Counted from the stretch's first letter, positions 27,445 to 36,453 are shown. The stretch is 64,000 bases of DNA from Candidatus Vogelbacteria bacterium (GCA_903878275.1 CAIRHC010000010.1:1604-65603); one strand, 5' to 3'. Notes: a model not told the origin generated them from the letters alone. Numbers and translations: made by a program.

Positions 27445-27969
27445 TTATTTGCCACTCGGCACAGCCAAATCAAGATCTGCCGACCACGCCAAGATTTTGC
27501 TATCTTTATTGATCACTAAATTAGAATTTTTTTGAAACGCCACTTTATTAAAACTAAATAAAAACGGTAAATTCTCCAACAATTTTAAAGCTTTAAACAC
27601 CGCCAAAAAATCACCGGTAATATTGATTTTCAAATTAATCGTCTTTTTTTGTTCATCAGCTTGACCGATTTTTAGTTCTGCCCCACTTTTTTTACCGGCC
27701 TCTTCGATCGCTTTGACCAAAACAAAAACTGTGGAACTATCAACAAAATAATTATCAAACAGCGACTGATTATTTTTTACCGACAGGGCGATATTTTTTA
27801 ATTCTTGAAAATTACCGGTGGTGGCATCTAAATTATTTTTATAGACACCAAGATTGCTTATTCTAGAAAACGACAAATAAGCCAAAACAAAAATACCCCC
27901 AACCAACAACAAGTTAAGTAACCCTAACCAGATGATTGTTTGATTGATTTTTGGTTTATTGCCAGTCAT
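27445..27969 (-). CDS. pilO: Type IV pilus assembly protein PilO-like
   Basis: Single N-terminal TM then a periplasmic domain, placed after pilN. Start set at ATG 27969, overlapping the pilN stop. Confidence 0.6.
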   Translation of the reverse strand: MTGNKPKINQTIIWLGLLNLLLVGGIFVLAYLSFSRISNLGVYKNNLDATTGNFQELKNIALSVKNNQSLFDNYFVDSSTVFVLVKAIEEAGKKSGAELKIGQADEQKKTINLKINITGDFLAVFKALKLLENLPFLFSFNKVAFQKNSNLVINKDSKILAWSADLDLAVPSGK

Positions 27970-27970
27970 T

Positions 27971-28513
27971 TTATTTTTTAGCCATTTCCAAACTAACATT
28001 AAAACGGTTATCGTTGCCCCCGATAATATTAGAGACCGGATAATCAACCGAAGAAAATGTTTTGTCTTTTTTTAACGCTTCGACAAAATTAACTAGCGAC
28101 TGCCGGTCAGTGGCAAAACCGCTAATGTTGCCGATGGGTAACTTTTTGTTACCAACATAATCAATCGCAAAACTATCAACGATAATTCCCGCCGATTTAG
28201 CTTTAATAATTTTCTCCAATACGTCGGTGTAAACAACCGGTGACGAAGTGGCAATAAGCAAACTTTTGTTATTTAATGTCGTTAAATTTTGTTTGACTTT
28301 GGTGTATTCAGCCAAATCAGCGCCAGTCAAAATTTGATTATTATTTATCGCCACCGTTCCAATTCGAAAACCAGAAACAGCATAGAGAGAAAAAGCTAAC
28401 ATTAAACCGATTGAAAATAAAATGCTGGTCAAAACCAAGACTACAACAATTTTATGCTGGCGACAGTCAGCCTGAATAACATTTTTATATTCGGTTGTTA
28501 AAATATTTAACAT
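27971..28513 (-). CDS. pilN: Type IV pilus assembly protein PilN-like
   Basis: Short cytoplasmic N-terminus, one TM, periplasmic coiled region. Immediately follows pilM with a 1-nt gap. Confidence 0.65.
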   Translation of the reverse strand: MLNILTTEYKNVIQADCRQHKIVVVLVLTSILFSIGLMLAFSLYAVSGFRIGTVAINNNQILTGADLAEYTKVKQNLTTLNNKSLLIATSSPVVYTDVLEKIIKAKSAGIIVDSFAIDYVGNKKLPIGNISGFATDRQSLVNFVEALKKDKTFSSVDYPVSNIIGGNDNRFNVSLEMAKK

Positions 28514-28514
28514 T

Positions 28515-29600
28515 TTATGATTTAAAATTCCGCAATGCCAAACCTAGACAAGTCGCAAACCGCAAACTTTCATTGTATTTTATCGGCATCACACAATCGC
28601 CACTAGTACAAATATTGACCCACGGATTGCCTAGCTCCACCGGGACACGCAAGTGCGTTTCTAAATATTCTTTTAAGCCCAGCAGAGACGCTTGTCCGCC
28701 ACATAAAATTATTTTATCAACGATCTGACACTCACCATTTTGACCATCAGTATTGTGTTCTTGCCAAAAAACTAACCGCTGGTTTATCTCGTCTTTAAGC
28801 GCCGAGACAACGGGAATCAGAGACATAAACAAGTCGTTATTTTCACCCGAACGCAACAAACCTTTCTTTTCTTTTTGAACTATCGCTTCTTCGCGAGAAA
28901 GACCCAAGTTTTTTTGAATAAAACTTGTCACATTTTCACCGCCGACATTAATAATCGAAGTGAAAACAACCGACCCACGACAGACAATCATAAAACCCGT
29001 ATGAATTTTACCGATATCAATAATCATATAAGCTCCATTATCGACGAGGGTGAGAAGTGACCGGGCAATGGCTTGGGCTTCAATCTCGGCACCGAGAAGT
29101 TCGAAACCCGCCATTGTAAAAACCGAAATATAACTATCGACTATTTCTCTTGGTAATGCCGAGACACTGGCACTAATGGAGCCGTCAGGTTTTTGAGTGA
29201 TAATTTCATAATCAAAAACACAGTCGGCAACCGGAATCGGCACATAATCCCCGATCTGCAACTCGATGCTGTTGCGAATTTCTTCGTGTTTCATTTTTGG
29301 TAAAGACAAACGGAAAGTAAAAGCTTTGTCTTCTGGTAAAGAAGCGTAGGCATATTTAAAGCCATTTTGATTTTTAATGCTAGCTAAAATTTTCGCCAAC
29401 TCGGCCGGATTTTTAATCTCGCCATTGACCACAACTTCCGCTGGCAACATTATTTCACCAAAACGCCCGAGTTTTATATTTTCTCGATCGGGTAATAATT
29501 CCAAAAATTTTACCGAGTGGTCAGAAATATCAAAACCCACAGCCACTTTAGATAAATATTTTGGCACCGGAAAAAATTTAAGAAAAAGATCAGACTTCAT
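28515..29600 (-). CDS. pilM: Type IV pilus assembly ATPase-like protein PilM (actin/FtsA fold)
   Basis: VGFDISDHSVKFLEL..., GAYMIIDIGKIHTGFMIV and ILCGGQASLLGL are typical PilM blocks. Confidence 0.85.
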   Translation of the reverse strand: MKSDLFLKFFPVPKYLSKVAVGFDISDHSVKFLELLPDRENIKLGRFGEIMLPAEVVVNGEIKNPAELAKILASIKNQNGFKYAYASLPEDKAFTFRLSLPKMKHEEIRNSIELQIGDYVPIPVADCVFDYEIITQKPDGSISASVSALPREIVDSYISVFTMAGFELLGAEIEAQAIARSLLTLVDNGAYMIIDIGKIHTGFMIVCRGSVVFTSIINVGGENVTSFIQKNLGLSREEAIVQKEKKGLLRSGENNDLFMSLIPVVSALKDEINQRLVFWQEHNTDGQNGECQIVDKIILCGGQASLLGLKEYLETHLRVPVELGNPWVNICTSGDCVMPIKYNESLRFATCLGLALRNFKS

Positions 29601-29629
29601 CTTCTTAATTATAATCTAAAATTAAATTC

Positions 29630-30022
29630 CTAGCTATTATTTTTATCCAAAAAACTTTTCAAAATAAGTGCCGCCGCCCGAGCATCGGTCAATGGATCGG
29701 TTTGTTTTTCATCAATCAGACGCTTCGCTTCACGGCTAGTAAAAAACTCTTTTTCAAAAATCACAGGGAGCCCGCTCGCCTGCCCTAATTTTTCTTTAAA
29801 ATTTAAAATTTCTTTTTGAATCGGATTATCGGCACCAGACAAATCAACGGATTCACCAATTACAATTTTTTCAATTTTTTCTTCGTCACAAATTTTTTTA
29901 ATGTCTTCAGTTAAATTTGCAGTATTTTTTAAAACTTTAAGTGGAAAAGCAAAACTACCGAGCTCGTCGCTAATAGCGAGACCAACTTTCCGATTGCCAT
30001 AATCAATACCTAAATAACGCAT
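29630..30022 (-). CDS. ruvX: Holliday-junction-resolvase-like RNase H-fold protein YqgF/RuvX
   Basis: MRYLGIDYGNRKVGLAISDE... Start placed at ATG 30022. The longer track ORF runs into the upstream terminator. Confidence 0.8.
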   Translation of the reverse strand: MRYLGIDYGNRKVGLAISDELGSFAFPLKVLKNTANLTEDIKKICDEEKIEKIVIGESVDLSGADNPIQKEILNFKEKLGQASGLPVIFEKEFFTSREAKRLIDEKQTDPLTDARAAALILKSFLDKNNS

Positions 30023-30063
30023 CTGAAAATGATAACATTTTTGTCGGATTTTAAAAATAAAGC

Positions 30064-30100
30064 CCCGCGAGCGCAAGCGCTCGCGGGGAAACAAAAAAAA
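30064..30100 (-). terminator. Terminator palindrome CCCCGCGAGCGCAAGCGCTCGCGGGG (identical to the copy at 3319) with U-tract on the minus strand
   Basis: Exact 26-nt repeat of the element at 3319-3344. Located after the dapA stop. The plus-strand flank TAAAAATAA gives a T-run for the minus-strand transcript. Confidence 0.75.
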
Positions 30101-30985
30101 CTACTCATCCCACTCGGGACCAAGAATTTCCATCACCTGATAAGTGAGTTCTTTAGCCCCAATAAAAGACAGCGATGTAAGTGGTAGCCGAAGCTCGTTC
30201 GCACACCGCCCAATACAAAACAATATCGCCTTAGTCGGGATTGGACTCGTTGTCGAAAAAGCAATCTTCGACAGTCGACGAATAAACTCATGGTCATTTT
30301 CTGCACCATCAAAATCAAACCTTGGACCAAGAGCTTTTTGGCACATTCCTGAAATAAGTTTTGGGGCGAAATTTGAAACGACGCTTATCACTCCTTTGGC
30401 ACAAATCTTCATCGCTGGCCAAGCCAAATCGTCATCACCAGACAAGACCGGAATACCGAGCTTGATTAGGTCATTAACCCGCATCAAATTTCCCGAGGCC
30501 TCTTTTATTGCCACAAAACCATCAAGGGCAAAGATCTTGGCAACAGTTTCTGGCGAAAGGTCAACGCCTGTCCGCTTTGGCACATTGTAGGGCAATAAGG
30601 GCAAGCTTGTGCTCTCCCGAATCGCTTTATAGTGCTCATACAAGCCACTCTGTGGTGGTCGATTATAGTACGGCGTGATCAAAAGCGCCGCATCAGCACC
30701 GGCTTTTTCGGCCGACTTGGTCAAGCGGATCGCTTCTTTGGTACAATTCGATCCAGTCCCAGCAATGACCGGCACGCGACCAGCCGTCACTTCGATCGTC
30801 ACCGCGACAACCCGGTCGTGTTCTAAATGAGACAAGCAAGCGCTTTCGCCGGTCGTCCCGCATGGCACGAGGCCATTCACACCGCTTTTAATTTGCCACT
30901 CAATGTGACGCTTAAAAGCCTTCCAATCGACCCGAATATCCTTAAACGGGGTAATCAGAGCCGTAATACATCCACCAAATCTCAT
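30101..30985 (-). CDS. dapA: 4-hydroxy-tetrahydrodipicolinate synthase
   Basis: TALITPF, GLVPCGTTGES, Schiff-base Lys region AIKEASGN. 294 aa. GC-rich relative to its neighbours. Confidence 0.88.
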   Translation of the reverse strand: MRFGGCITALITPFKDIRVDWKAFKRHIEWQIKSGVNGLVPCGTTGESACLSHLEHDRVVAVTIEVTAGRVPVIAGTGSNCTKEAIRLTKSAEKAGADAALLITPYYNRPPQSGLYEHYKAIRESTSLPLLPYNVPKRTGVDLSPETVAKIFALDGFVAIKEASGNLMRVNDLIKLGIPVLSGDDDLAWPAMKICAKGVISVVSNFAPKLISGMCQKALGPRFDFDGAENDHEFIRRLSKIAFSTTSPIPTKAILFCIGRCANELRLPLTSLSFIGAKELTYQVMEILGPEWDE

Positions 30986-31098
30986 TATCTTTACCTCCAG
31001 TTCTTAGTTTAAGTAACTTTGACAAAAACAAACAAACTCCACTTTTTAAGCTATCATTAAAGAGTTAAAAGTCAAAATAAGAAATAGATAATACTTAA

Positions 31099-31707
31099 TT
31101 AACTAATTTCTAAGTTTTTATAATAATCGATTCTCTTTTTGATTAATTTTTCTGCTTCAATTTTGCTAAATTCAGTAATAAATTTAGGTAGTCTTATATT
31201 CAACACTGAATCCATAAGAAGTTTGTTGGATTTTGGATCTAATTTTGGTTTGGTATCTATATCAATACCGCTCAAAATATCGGCTTCCGCCAAAATAAGT
31301 TCATCAGTATCTTTAATCTCTAGTTTTTTATCGTGAACAGCGACTAGATGAACACACCGTTCTTTTTGTTCACCAGTTAAAGATGAAAATATATCATCTT
31401 TTAATAGATTTTTTATTTTTTCAGCGCCTAATTCTTCGTGTCGTCTTTTGGCATTTTCTATCTTATCAAAATTCATCACCTCGTCATCTTTAAATAATTC
31501 AGAATAGCCCCAATCATGCGCATAAGCCGCGACGACCAAAACAGTCTTGTCCAACTTCAGGTCAGGATTGTGGTCAATAATTTTTTTTATCCATTCCACA
31601 ACTTCTAGTGTATGGATTTTATCAAAACCACCTCGACTTTTTTCTAAGTCAAACAATATTTTTTCTTTTAAATATTCCTCAATTTTATCCATATTTTTAT
31701 TTCCCAA
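31099..31707 (-). CDS. HD-domain phosphohydrolase
   Basis: VVAAYAHDWGY and ...VAVHD... give the H...HD...D metal-binding pattern. 202 aa. Confidence 0.7.
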   Translation of the reverse strand: MGNKNMDKIEEYLKEKILFDLEKSRGGFDKIHTLEVVEWIKKIIDHNPDLKLDKTVLVVAAYAHDWGYSELFKDDEVMNFDKIENAKRRHEELGAEKIKNLLKDDIFSSLTGEQKERCVHLVAVHDKKLEIKDTDELILAEADILSGIDIDTKPKLDPKSNKLLMDSVLNIRLPKFITEFSKIEAEKLIKKRIDYYKNLEIS

Positions 31708-31713
31708 TAATAT

Positions 31714-32454
31714 CTAGCCAAAATAATACCCTTTCCAATCATTTATCACACCGGAACAATCATTTTTTATGGCAATTTCTTCAACCATTTTGTGAATTTC
31801 TTTTTGGACTTCAATATCACCTGATTTAATGATTGATTCAATTTTTTTCAAAAAATCTTCGGACGAAATCGACAAATTTTTAAGGGGATATTTTTCCAAC
31901 TCACATTTTAGAAACTTATTGTACGGACGAACTCGTCCTTCAATCGCAAAAAGAAAGATTAGCAACCACGGTAATGATTCGCAAGCATCGAAATGAGAAG
32001 CTAATGCATTTCCATCTCGGTTGTTTTTGATAGACCGATATAAAGAATTGAGATAACCCTCTAAGGCATTTTTCGCCACTTTCAATATTTGATCTTTTGG
32101 AAATATACCTTTTTCATCAATTAACTTTTGAATTTCTCCGGTTTTATCAATTTGAGCTTTTACGTGTGCAAAAGTATATTTATCCCACTCTTCGGTACTT
32201 CCTGCGGTTGCATAATTTTTGAATTCAGATATAGATCTAACCACTATTTCAACCATTTCTTGTTTTGTTTTATATTCATTTTTTACATCCGACACCGATT
32301 CATCTGTTGCGATTATTGCCACATCATAATCTGAATTTTCAGTATACACCCCTTTCCCTCGTCCACCAGCCAAAATTAATCCAATGACTCTTTCATCACT
32401 TTTAGCTTTTTCCAAAACACTTTCAAACTCTTTTGTTTTTATTTCTTCGTTCAT
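31714..32454 (-). CDS. Nucleotidyltransferase of the aminoglycoside-6-adenylyltransferase (ANT(6)/AadK-like) family
   Basis: VIGLILAGGRGKGVYTENSDYDVAII (GG/GS...DxD minimal NTase motif). The remaining ~150 aa are helical. 6-nt gap to the HD gene. Confidence 0.65.
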   Translation of the reverse strand: MNEEIKTKEFESVLEKAKSDERVIGLILAGGRGKGVYTENSDYDVAIIATDESVSDVKNEYKTKQEMVEIVVRSISEFKNYATAGSTEEWDKYTFAHVKAQIDKTGEIQKLIDEKGIFPKDQILKVAKNALEGYLNSLYRSIKNNRDGNALASHFDACESLPWLLIFLFAIEGRVRPYNKFLKCELEKYPLKNLSISSEDFLKKIESIIKSGDIEVQKEIHKMVEEIAIKNDCSGVINDWKGYYFG

Positions 32455-32458
32455 ATTT

Positions 32459-32547
32459 TGGCGGAGGGGGTGGGATTCGGACCCACGGTGCCTTGCGGCA
32501 CTCTTGTTTTCAAGACAAGTGCACTAGACCAACTATGCGACCCCTCC
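32459..32547 (-). tRNA. tRNA-Ser (TGA), class II, CCA encoded
   Basis: GGAGGGGTCGCATAGTTGGTCTAGTGCACTTGTCTTGAAAACAAGAG (anticodon TGA), long variable arm GTGCCGCAAGGCACC, GTGGGTCCGAATCCCAC, CCCCTCCGCCA. Confidence 0.9.
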
Positions 32548-32638
32548 CAATTATCCAACCCTGCCATCTTACCAAAAAACCACTAAAAATCAAAAAAAAC
32601 GGTGCCATAACGGTCACCCTCTTTTTTTTGATACAACA

Positions 32639-34069
32639 TTGTTTGATTTATCAAACAAGAAGTGCCCTTGTGGTATAATCAGAAAAATGACTGACGAAGA
32701 AAAACTTTATACTAAAACTCGGCAGGTTTCGGTCAAGGAAGGAGCTTTTGCTTCTATTGCTTCTGGTGCCGGCGAAGCCTATATCACGCCTTACGCTCTG
32801 GAACTAAAAGCGAGCAACCTTGAGATCGGTTTTCTTTCAAGCCTTGCCAGCTTCCTTGCTCCGCTATCGCAAATTATCGGCAGTCAATTGATTGAAAAAT
32901 ACAATCGCAAGACAATCGTTGTCGTCGGGGTCATATTACAATCTTTGTCTTGGCTTTTATTGATCGCTCTTGGTTTTATTTTTCTTATTTATGGCAAAAC
33001 CGATTTTCTGATTCCCCTTTTTATTTTATCTTATGTTGTTTATAGCACTTTCGGATCAATCGGCGGACCAGCTTGGTTTTCGCTTCTCGGCGATGCCGTG
33101 CCAGAAAATATCCGCGGACAATATTTTTCTCGTCGCAACAAAATCAGCGGTATCGTTTCCACCACCGCCACCATTGTCGCTTCGATTTGGCTATATTATG
33201 CCAAAGAATGGCAAATTTTAATTCCCGCTTTCATTTCCCTTTTTGCCATATCAGCAATCTCGCGCTCGATTTCCGCTTATTATTTAAGTCGGCATTATGT
33301 CAAAAATACTCACCCCGAAACTAATTATTATTTTTCTTTTTGGCAATTTATCAAAAAAGCCCCGACCAATAATTTTGGTCGCTTTTCCCTCTACATCGCG
33401 TTAAGTAATTTCGCGATCAACCTGGCTGGTCCATTTTTTGCCATTTATCTTTGGAAGGAACTCGCTTTCAATCCGATCGTTTTTACGTTGATAAATATTT
33501 CCGCCGGTTTATTTTCTCTGCTCGCTATGCCATTTTGGGGAAAAATCGCCGACGAGTATGGCAATCGCGAACTTTTAAAAATCGGTAGTTTACTGCTCGC
33601 CATCGCCCCGCTATTATGGCTCGTGTCCAAAAATCCTTTTTATCTAGCCCTTATTCCCCAACTCGTCGGCGGGGTCGGTTCGGCAGCTTTCAATCTCGGG
33701 GCTTCAAATTTTATTTACGACGCGGTCACGCCCGATCGCCGAGCCATTTGTGTCGCCTATTACAACACAATAAACGGTGTCGGAGTTTTACTTGGTGCCA
33801 GCCTCGGCGGTCTCGTTGCTCAATATCTTCATTTTTCTTTCATAAATATTTTTCTTCTGATTTTTTTAATTTCTAGCCTCGCCAGATTTTTTGTTTATTT
33901 TTTCGGTTTAGCAAAAATTAAAGAAGTTCGCACAACAAACAAAACGCCGAGAAAAAATCCCCTCCTTTATATCAGCGAGCTAGAACCGCTTGGCAATTTA
34001 CGCGAATGGATTTTTTATCCATTACGAAAATTAAAAAATATCCGCCACAAAAATCCGCCTAAAAGTTGA
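32639..34069 (+). CDS. MFS-family transporter
   Basis: 12 predicted TM helices. MFS-like GxLaDrxGrr equivalent: WGKIADEYGNRELLKIG. The true start may be ATG 32687 (MTDEEKLY...). Confidence 0.78.
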   Translation: MFDLSNKKCPCGIIRKMTDEEKLYTKTRQVSVKEGAFASIASGAGEAYITPYALELKASNLEIGFLSSLASFLAPLSQIIGSQLIEKYNRKTIVVVGVILQSLSWLLLIALGFIFLIYGKTDFLIPLFILSYVVYSTFGSIGGPAWFSLLGDAVPENIRGQYFSRRNKISGIVSTTATIVASIWLYYAKEWQILIPAFISLFAISAISRSISAYYLSRHYVKNTHPETNYYFSFWQFIKKAPTNNFGRFSLYIALSNFAINLAGPFFAIYLWKELAFNPIVFTLINISAGLFSLLAMPFWGKIADEYGNRELLKIGSLLLAIAPLLWLVSKNPFYLALIPQLVGGVGSAAFNLGASNFIYDAVTPDRRAICVAYYNTINGVGVLLGASLGGLVAQYLHFSFINIFLLIFLISSLARFFVYFFGLAKIKEVRTTNKTPRKNPLLYISELEPLGNLREWIFYPLRKLKNIRHKNPPKS

Positions 34070-34123
34070 TAACTGGTGGTTAATTAAATTTCAATTGTAA
34101 TTTAATTTTGCTATAATTATTTT

Positions 34124-34645
34124 ATGGACGAAGACGCTTTTAATAATTTTTTTGAAAAAAGTAAGAAGGTTGTTGACGACAACAAGGAAACTCTTGAATG
34201 GGAAACACCCGAACATGAGCAACAAAGTCGCCACCCGGATTGGTATTGGGGTGCCGGGGCTATTGTAGTATTTATAATTGTTTTAAGTATTATTTTTGGC
34301 AATTTTCTTCTCGCCATAATCTTTCTTATTGCCTCTTTCTCTCTTTATATTTATGAAGTTCGCACGCCCAAGATTATCAAGGTAAAAATCACACCCAAAG
34401 GCGTTATTCTTGGTGGCGAACTCCATACTTACGAAAAAATTAAATCTTTCTGGATTACTGAAAAAGATAACGATCTTCCACCGAAACTTTTAATTTATTA
34501 TGATCGAATTTTAATTCCCACCATCACTATTTATCTCGAAGATATGTCACCAGAAAAAGTTCGCTCTTATCTAAAAAAGTATGGTGAGGAAGAAGAGAAA
34601 CCTCCAACTTTCAGCGAGGCTGTCGCCAACGCCCTTGGTTTTTAA
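34124..34645 (+). CDS. Hypothetical membrane protein (173 aa)
   Basis: Acidic N-terminus then two TM helices. No motif. Confidence 0.5.
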   Translation: MDEDAFNNFFEKSKKVVDDNKETLEWETPEHEQQSRHPDWYWGAGAIVVFIIVLSIIFGNFLLAIIFLIASFSLYIYEVRTPKIIKVKITPKGVILGGELHTYEKIKSFWITEKDNDLPPKLLIYYDRILIPTITIYLEDMSPEKVRSYLKKYGEEEEKPPTFSEAVANALGF

Positions 34646-34770
34646 TAAATTTATGGTAGTGTTTATCTATCCTTTCCTCTCGCCCTAAAATGTTTTGAGG
34701 ACAAAACATCAAGGGTAAATCGTTCAATGGAGGGGTGGTGTACTTTTAAATTTTGATTAGAAATATTAAA

Positions 34771-34842
34771 CCTCTCGTCGTTCAATGGATAGGACGCAAC
34801 TTTGCGGAAGTTGTGATGCAAGTTCGATTCTTGCCGAGAGGA
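34771..34842 (+). tRNA. tRNA-Arg with anticodon read as GCG
   Basis: CCTCTCGTCGTTCAATGGATAGGACG-CAACT-TTGCGGA-AGTTG-TGATG-CAAGTTCGATTCTTGC-CGAGAGGA. The D-loop is shared with the other Arg tRNAs here. U33 and G37 are present. Confidence 0.72.
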
Positions 34843-34845
34843 CAA

Positions 34846-35343
34846 ATGACAAAAAAAAAGATAAAAATCACACTCCTAGTAGCTCTGGTCATCTTATTTA
34901 GTGGAATTACGGTTTTTTATTTTTACATAAAACCCTATCTTGCGATCAGAAACGCCGGTCCCAATTCTAGAACCATATACACTGGCTATGTAAAAATTGA
35001 ATCCATTTCTCTACCAGAACTTAAAATAAAATTAGAAAAACAGTGTCCCGTAACAAAAAATGAACCCGGATTTTGCCAATACAGAGAAACCACACTACCT
35101 TATTACGAAAAAGGTGTCGGTCTTGAGATTTACCCAAACGGTAGTTGGGATTTTGGTCCGAATTCATTTTTTGTTGTTGGAGACAAATTATGGAAAACCG
35201 ACGACATCCCCGGTCCGCCAGACCCAAATAAATTTAAAGAAGGTGTGAGACAAGACATAAACAAAATCGGAAATATTTTACAAATCAAAGAAGATTCTTG
35301 GAAAATAACCAAAATGGAATACCCTGTGGATATCCTCTATTAA
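34846..35343 (+). CDS. Hypothetical membrane-anchored protein (166 aa)
   Basis: ATG 4 nt after the tRNA, with GAGAGGA as SD. N-terminal TM MTKKKIKITLLVALVILFSGITVFYFY. The longer track ORF overlaps the tRNA and was shortened. Confidence 0.55.
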   Translation: MTKKKIKITLLVALVILFSGITVFYFYIKPYLAIRNAGPNSRTIYTGYVKIESISLPELKIKLEKQCPVTKNEPGFCQYRETTLPYYEKGVGLEIYPNGSWDFGPNSFFVVGDKLWKTDDIPGPPDPNKFKEGVRQDINKIGNILQIKEDSWKITKMEYPVDILY

Positions 35344-35347
35344 CAAT

Positions 35348-35419
35348 CTCTCCGTAGTCTAATGGATAAAACACGGGCCTCCGAAGCTCGGATTGCAGGT
35401 TCGATTCCTGCCGGAGGGA
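35348..35419 (+). tRNA. tRNA-Arg (CCG)
   Basis: CTCTCCGTAGTCTAATGGATAAAACA-CGGGC-CTCCGAA-GCTCG-GATT-GCAGGTTCGATTCCTGC-CGGAGGGA. One C-A mismatch in the D-stem and one T-G wobble in the acceptor stem. Confidence 0.72.
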
Positions 35420-35517
35420 CAAAAAAAACCGCTTACTCTCCCTCTTTGGGATACTGGGGGCGGTTTTTTGGAAAAACGGTTATCCCCACAAGTAAACGGT
35501 ATTAAAAAGATACCACA

Positions 35518-35555
35518 CCCAAAAAAATCCGCAACCGCGGATTTTTTTGATTATT
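35518..35555. terminator. Bidirectional terminator AAATCCGC-AACC-GCGGATTT flanked by A7 and T7
   Basis: 8-bp stem with symmetric A/T runs at the 3' end of rpsT. Confidence 0.75.
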
Positions 35556-35814
35556 TAACTTTTTTGAGAAATTTCGCCAGACGAGACTTTTTACGAGAAG
35601 CGGTATTTTTCTTGATAATCCCCCGCTTAGCAGCTTTATCGATGGCTTTGTAGGCTTCCGACAATTTCTTTAAAGCTTCAGCTGGTTTCTTATCGATCGC
35701 AATTTTTTTGGTATCTTTAATAGCCAACTTCATTGTTTTGGCTCGGCGATCATTATAAACTTTTTTAGTCTTCGAACCTCGAAGAGCTTTTTTTGCAGAT
35801 TTGATTATTGGCAT
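35551..35814 (-). CDS. rpsT: 30S ribosomal protein S20
   Basis: MPIIKSAKKALRGSKTKKVYNDRRAK...AIDKAAKRGIIKKNTASRKKSRLAK. Confidence 0.9.
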   Translation of the reverse strand: MPIIKSAKKALRGSKTKKVYNDRRAKTMKLAIKDTKKIAIDKKPAEALKKLSEAYKAIDKAAKRGIIKKNTASRKKSRLAKFLKKVK

Positions 35815-35882
35815 ACGCTATAGACAATACAAGATTTTCTCAATAATTGCAAGGCTTATCCCCTCTGGTGTATGATTAATCA

Positions 35883-36449
35883 ATGATTGGTCAACTAACC
35901 GGAAAAATTAGCCACCTCGGTGAAAAATTCCTTATTTTAGACGTAAGTGGTGTTGGTTATAAAGTTTCCGCCACCACCGAGACTTTGCAAAAATCTAAGC
36001 TTGGCACTGATTTGACGCTCTGGACGCACCTAGTTGTCCGCGAAGATGCTCTTGATTTATACGGCTTTGTCGATAAGACCGAGCTAGATTTTTTCCAGCT
36101 TTTGATTAGTATTTCTGGCGTCGGTCCAAAAGGTGCGTTGTCTATTCTCTCGCTCGCCCCACCCGAAACCCTACGTAAAGCTATTTCATCTGGCAATACC
36201 AGCTATCTCACCCAAGTCTCGGGTATTGGTCGGAAAATTGCTGAAAAGATTGTCTTGGAGCTTCGTGATAAAATCGGTGGAATCGAAACCGAAAATAATT
36301 CTTTAGAAAAAGACACCGAGGTAATAATGGCACTCGAAGCTCTCGGCTATTCTAATCGAGAAGCACGCGAATCTTTACGAAAAATCCCCGATGAAATTAG
36401 CGAGACTGGTGCTAAAATAAAAGAAGCCTTAAAACAATTACACAAATAA
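35883..36449 (+). CDS. ruvA: Holliday junction DNA helicase subunit RuvA
   Basis: MIGQLTGKI...LDVSGVGYKV, FQLLISISGVGPKGALSILS (HhH), C-terminal domain ALEALGYSNREA. Confidence 0.9.
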   Translation: MIGQLTGKISHLGEKFLILDVSGVGYKVSATTETLQKSKLGTDLTLWTHLVVREDALDLYGFVDKTELDFFQLLISISGVGPKGALSILSLAPPETLRKAISSGNTSYLTQVSGIGRKIAEKIVLELRDKIGGIETENNSLEKDTEVIMALEALGYSNREARESLRKIPDEISETGAKIKEALKQLHK

Positions 36450-36453
36450 AAAT

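Noticed and set aside
35393-35653. Track ORF of 86 aa on the plus strand
   Set aside because: Its 5' end lies inside tRNA-Arg(CCG). The rest is antisense to rpsT and crosses a bidirectional terminator. It is spurious.
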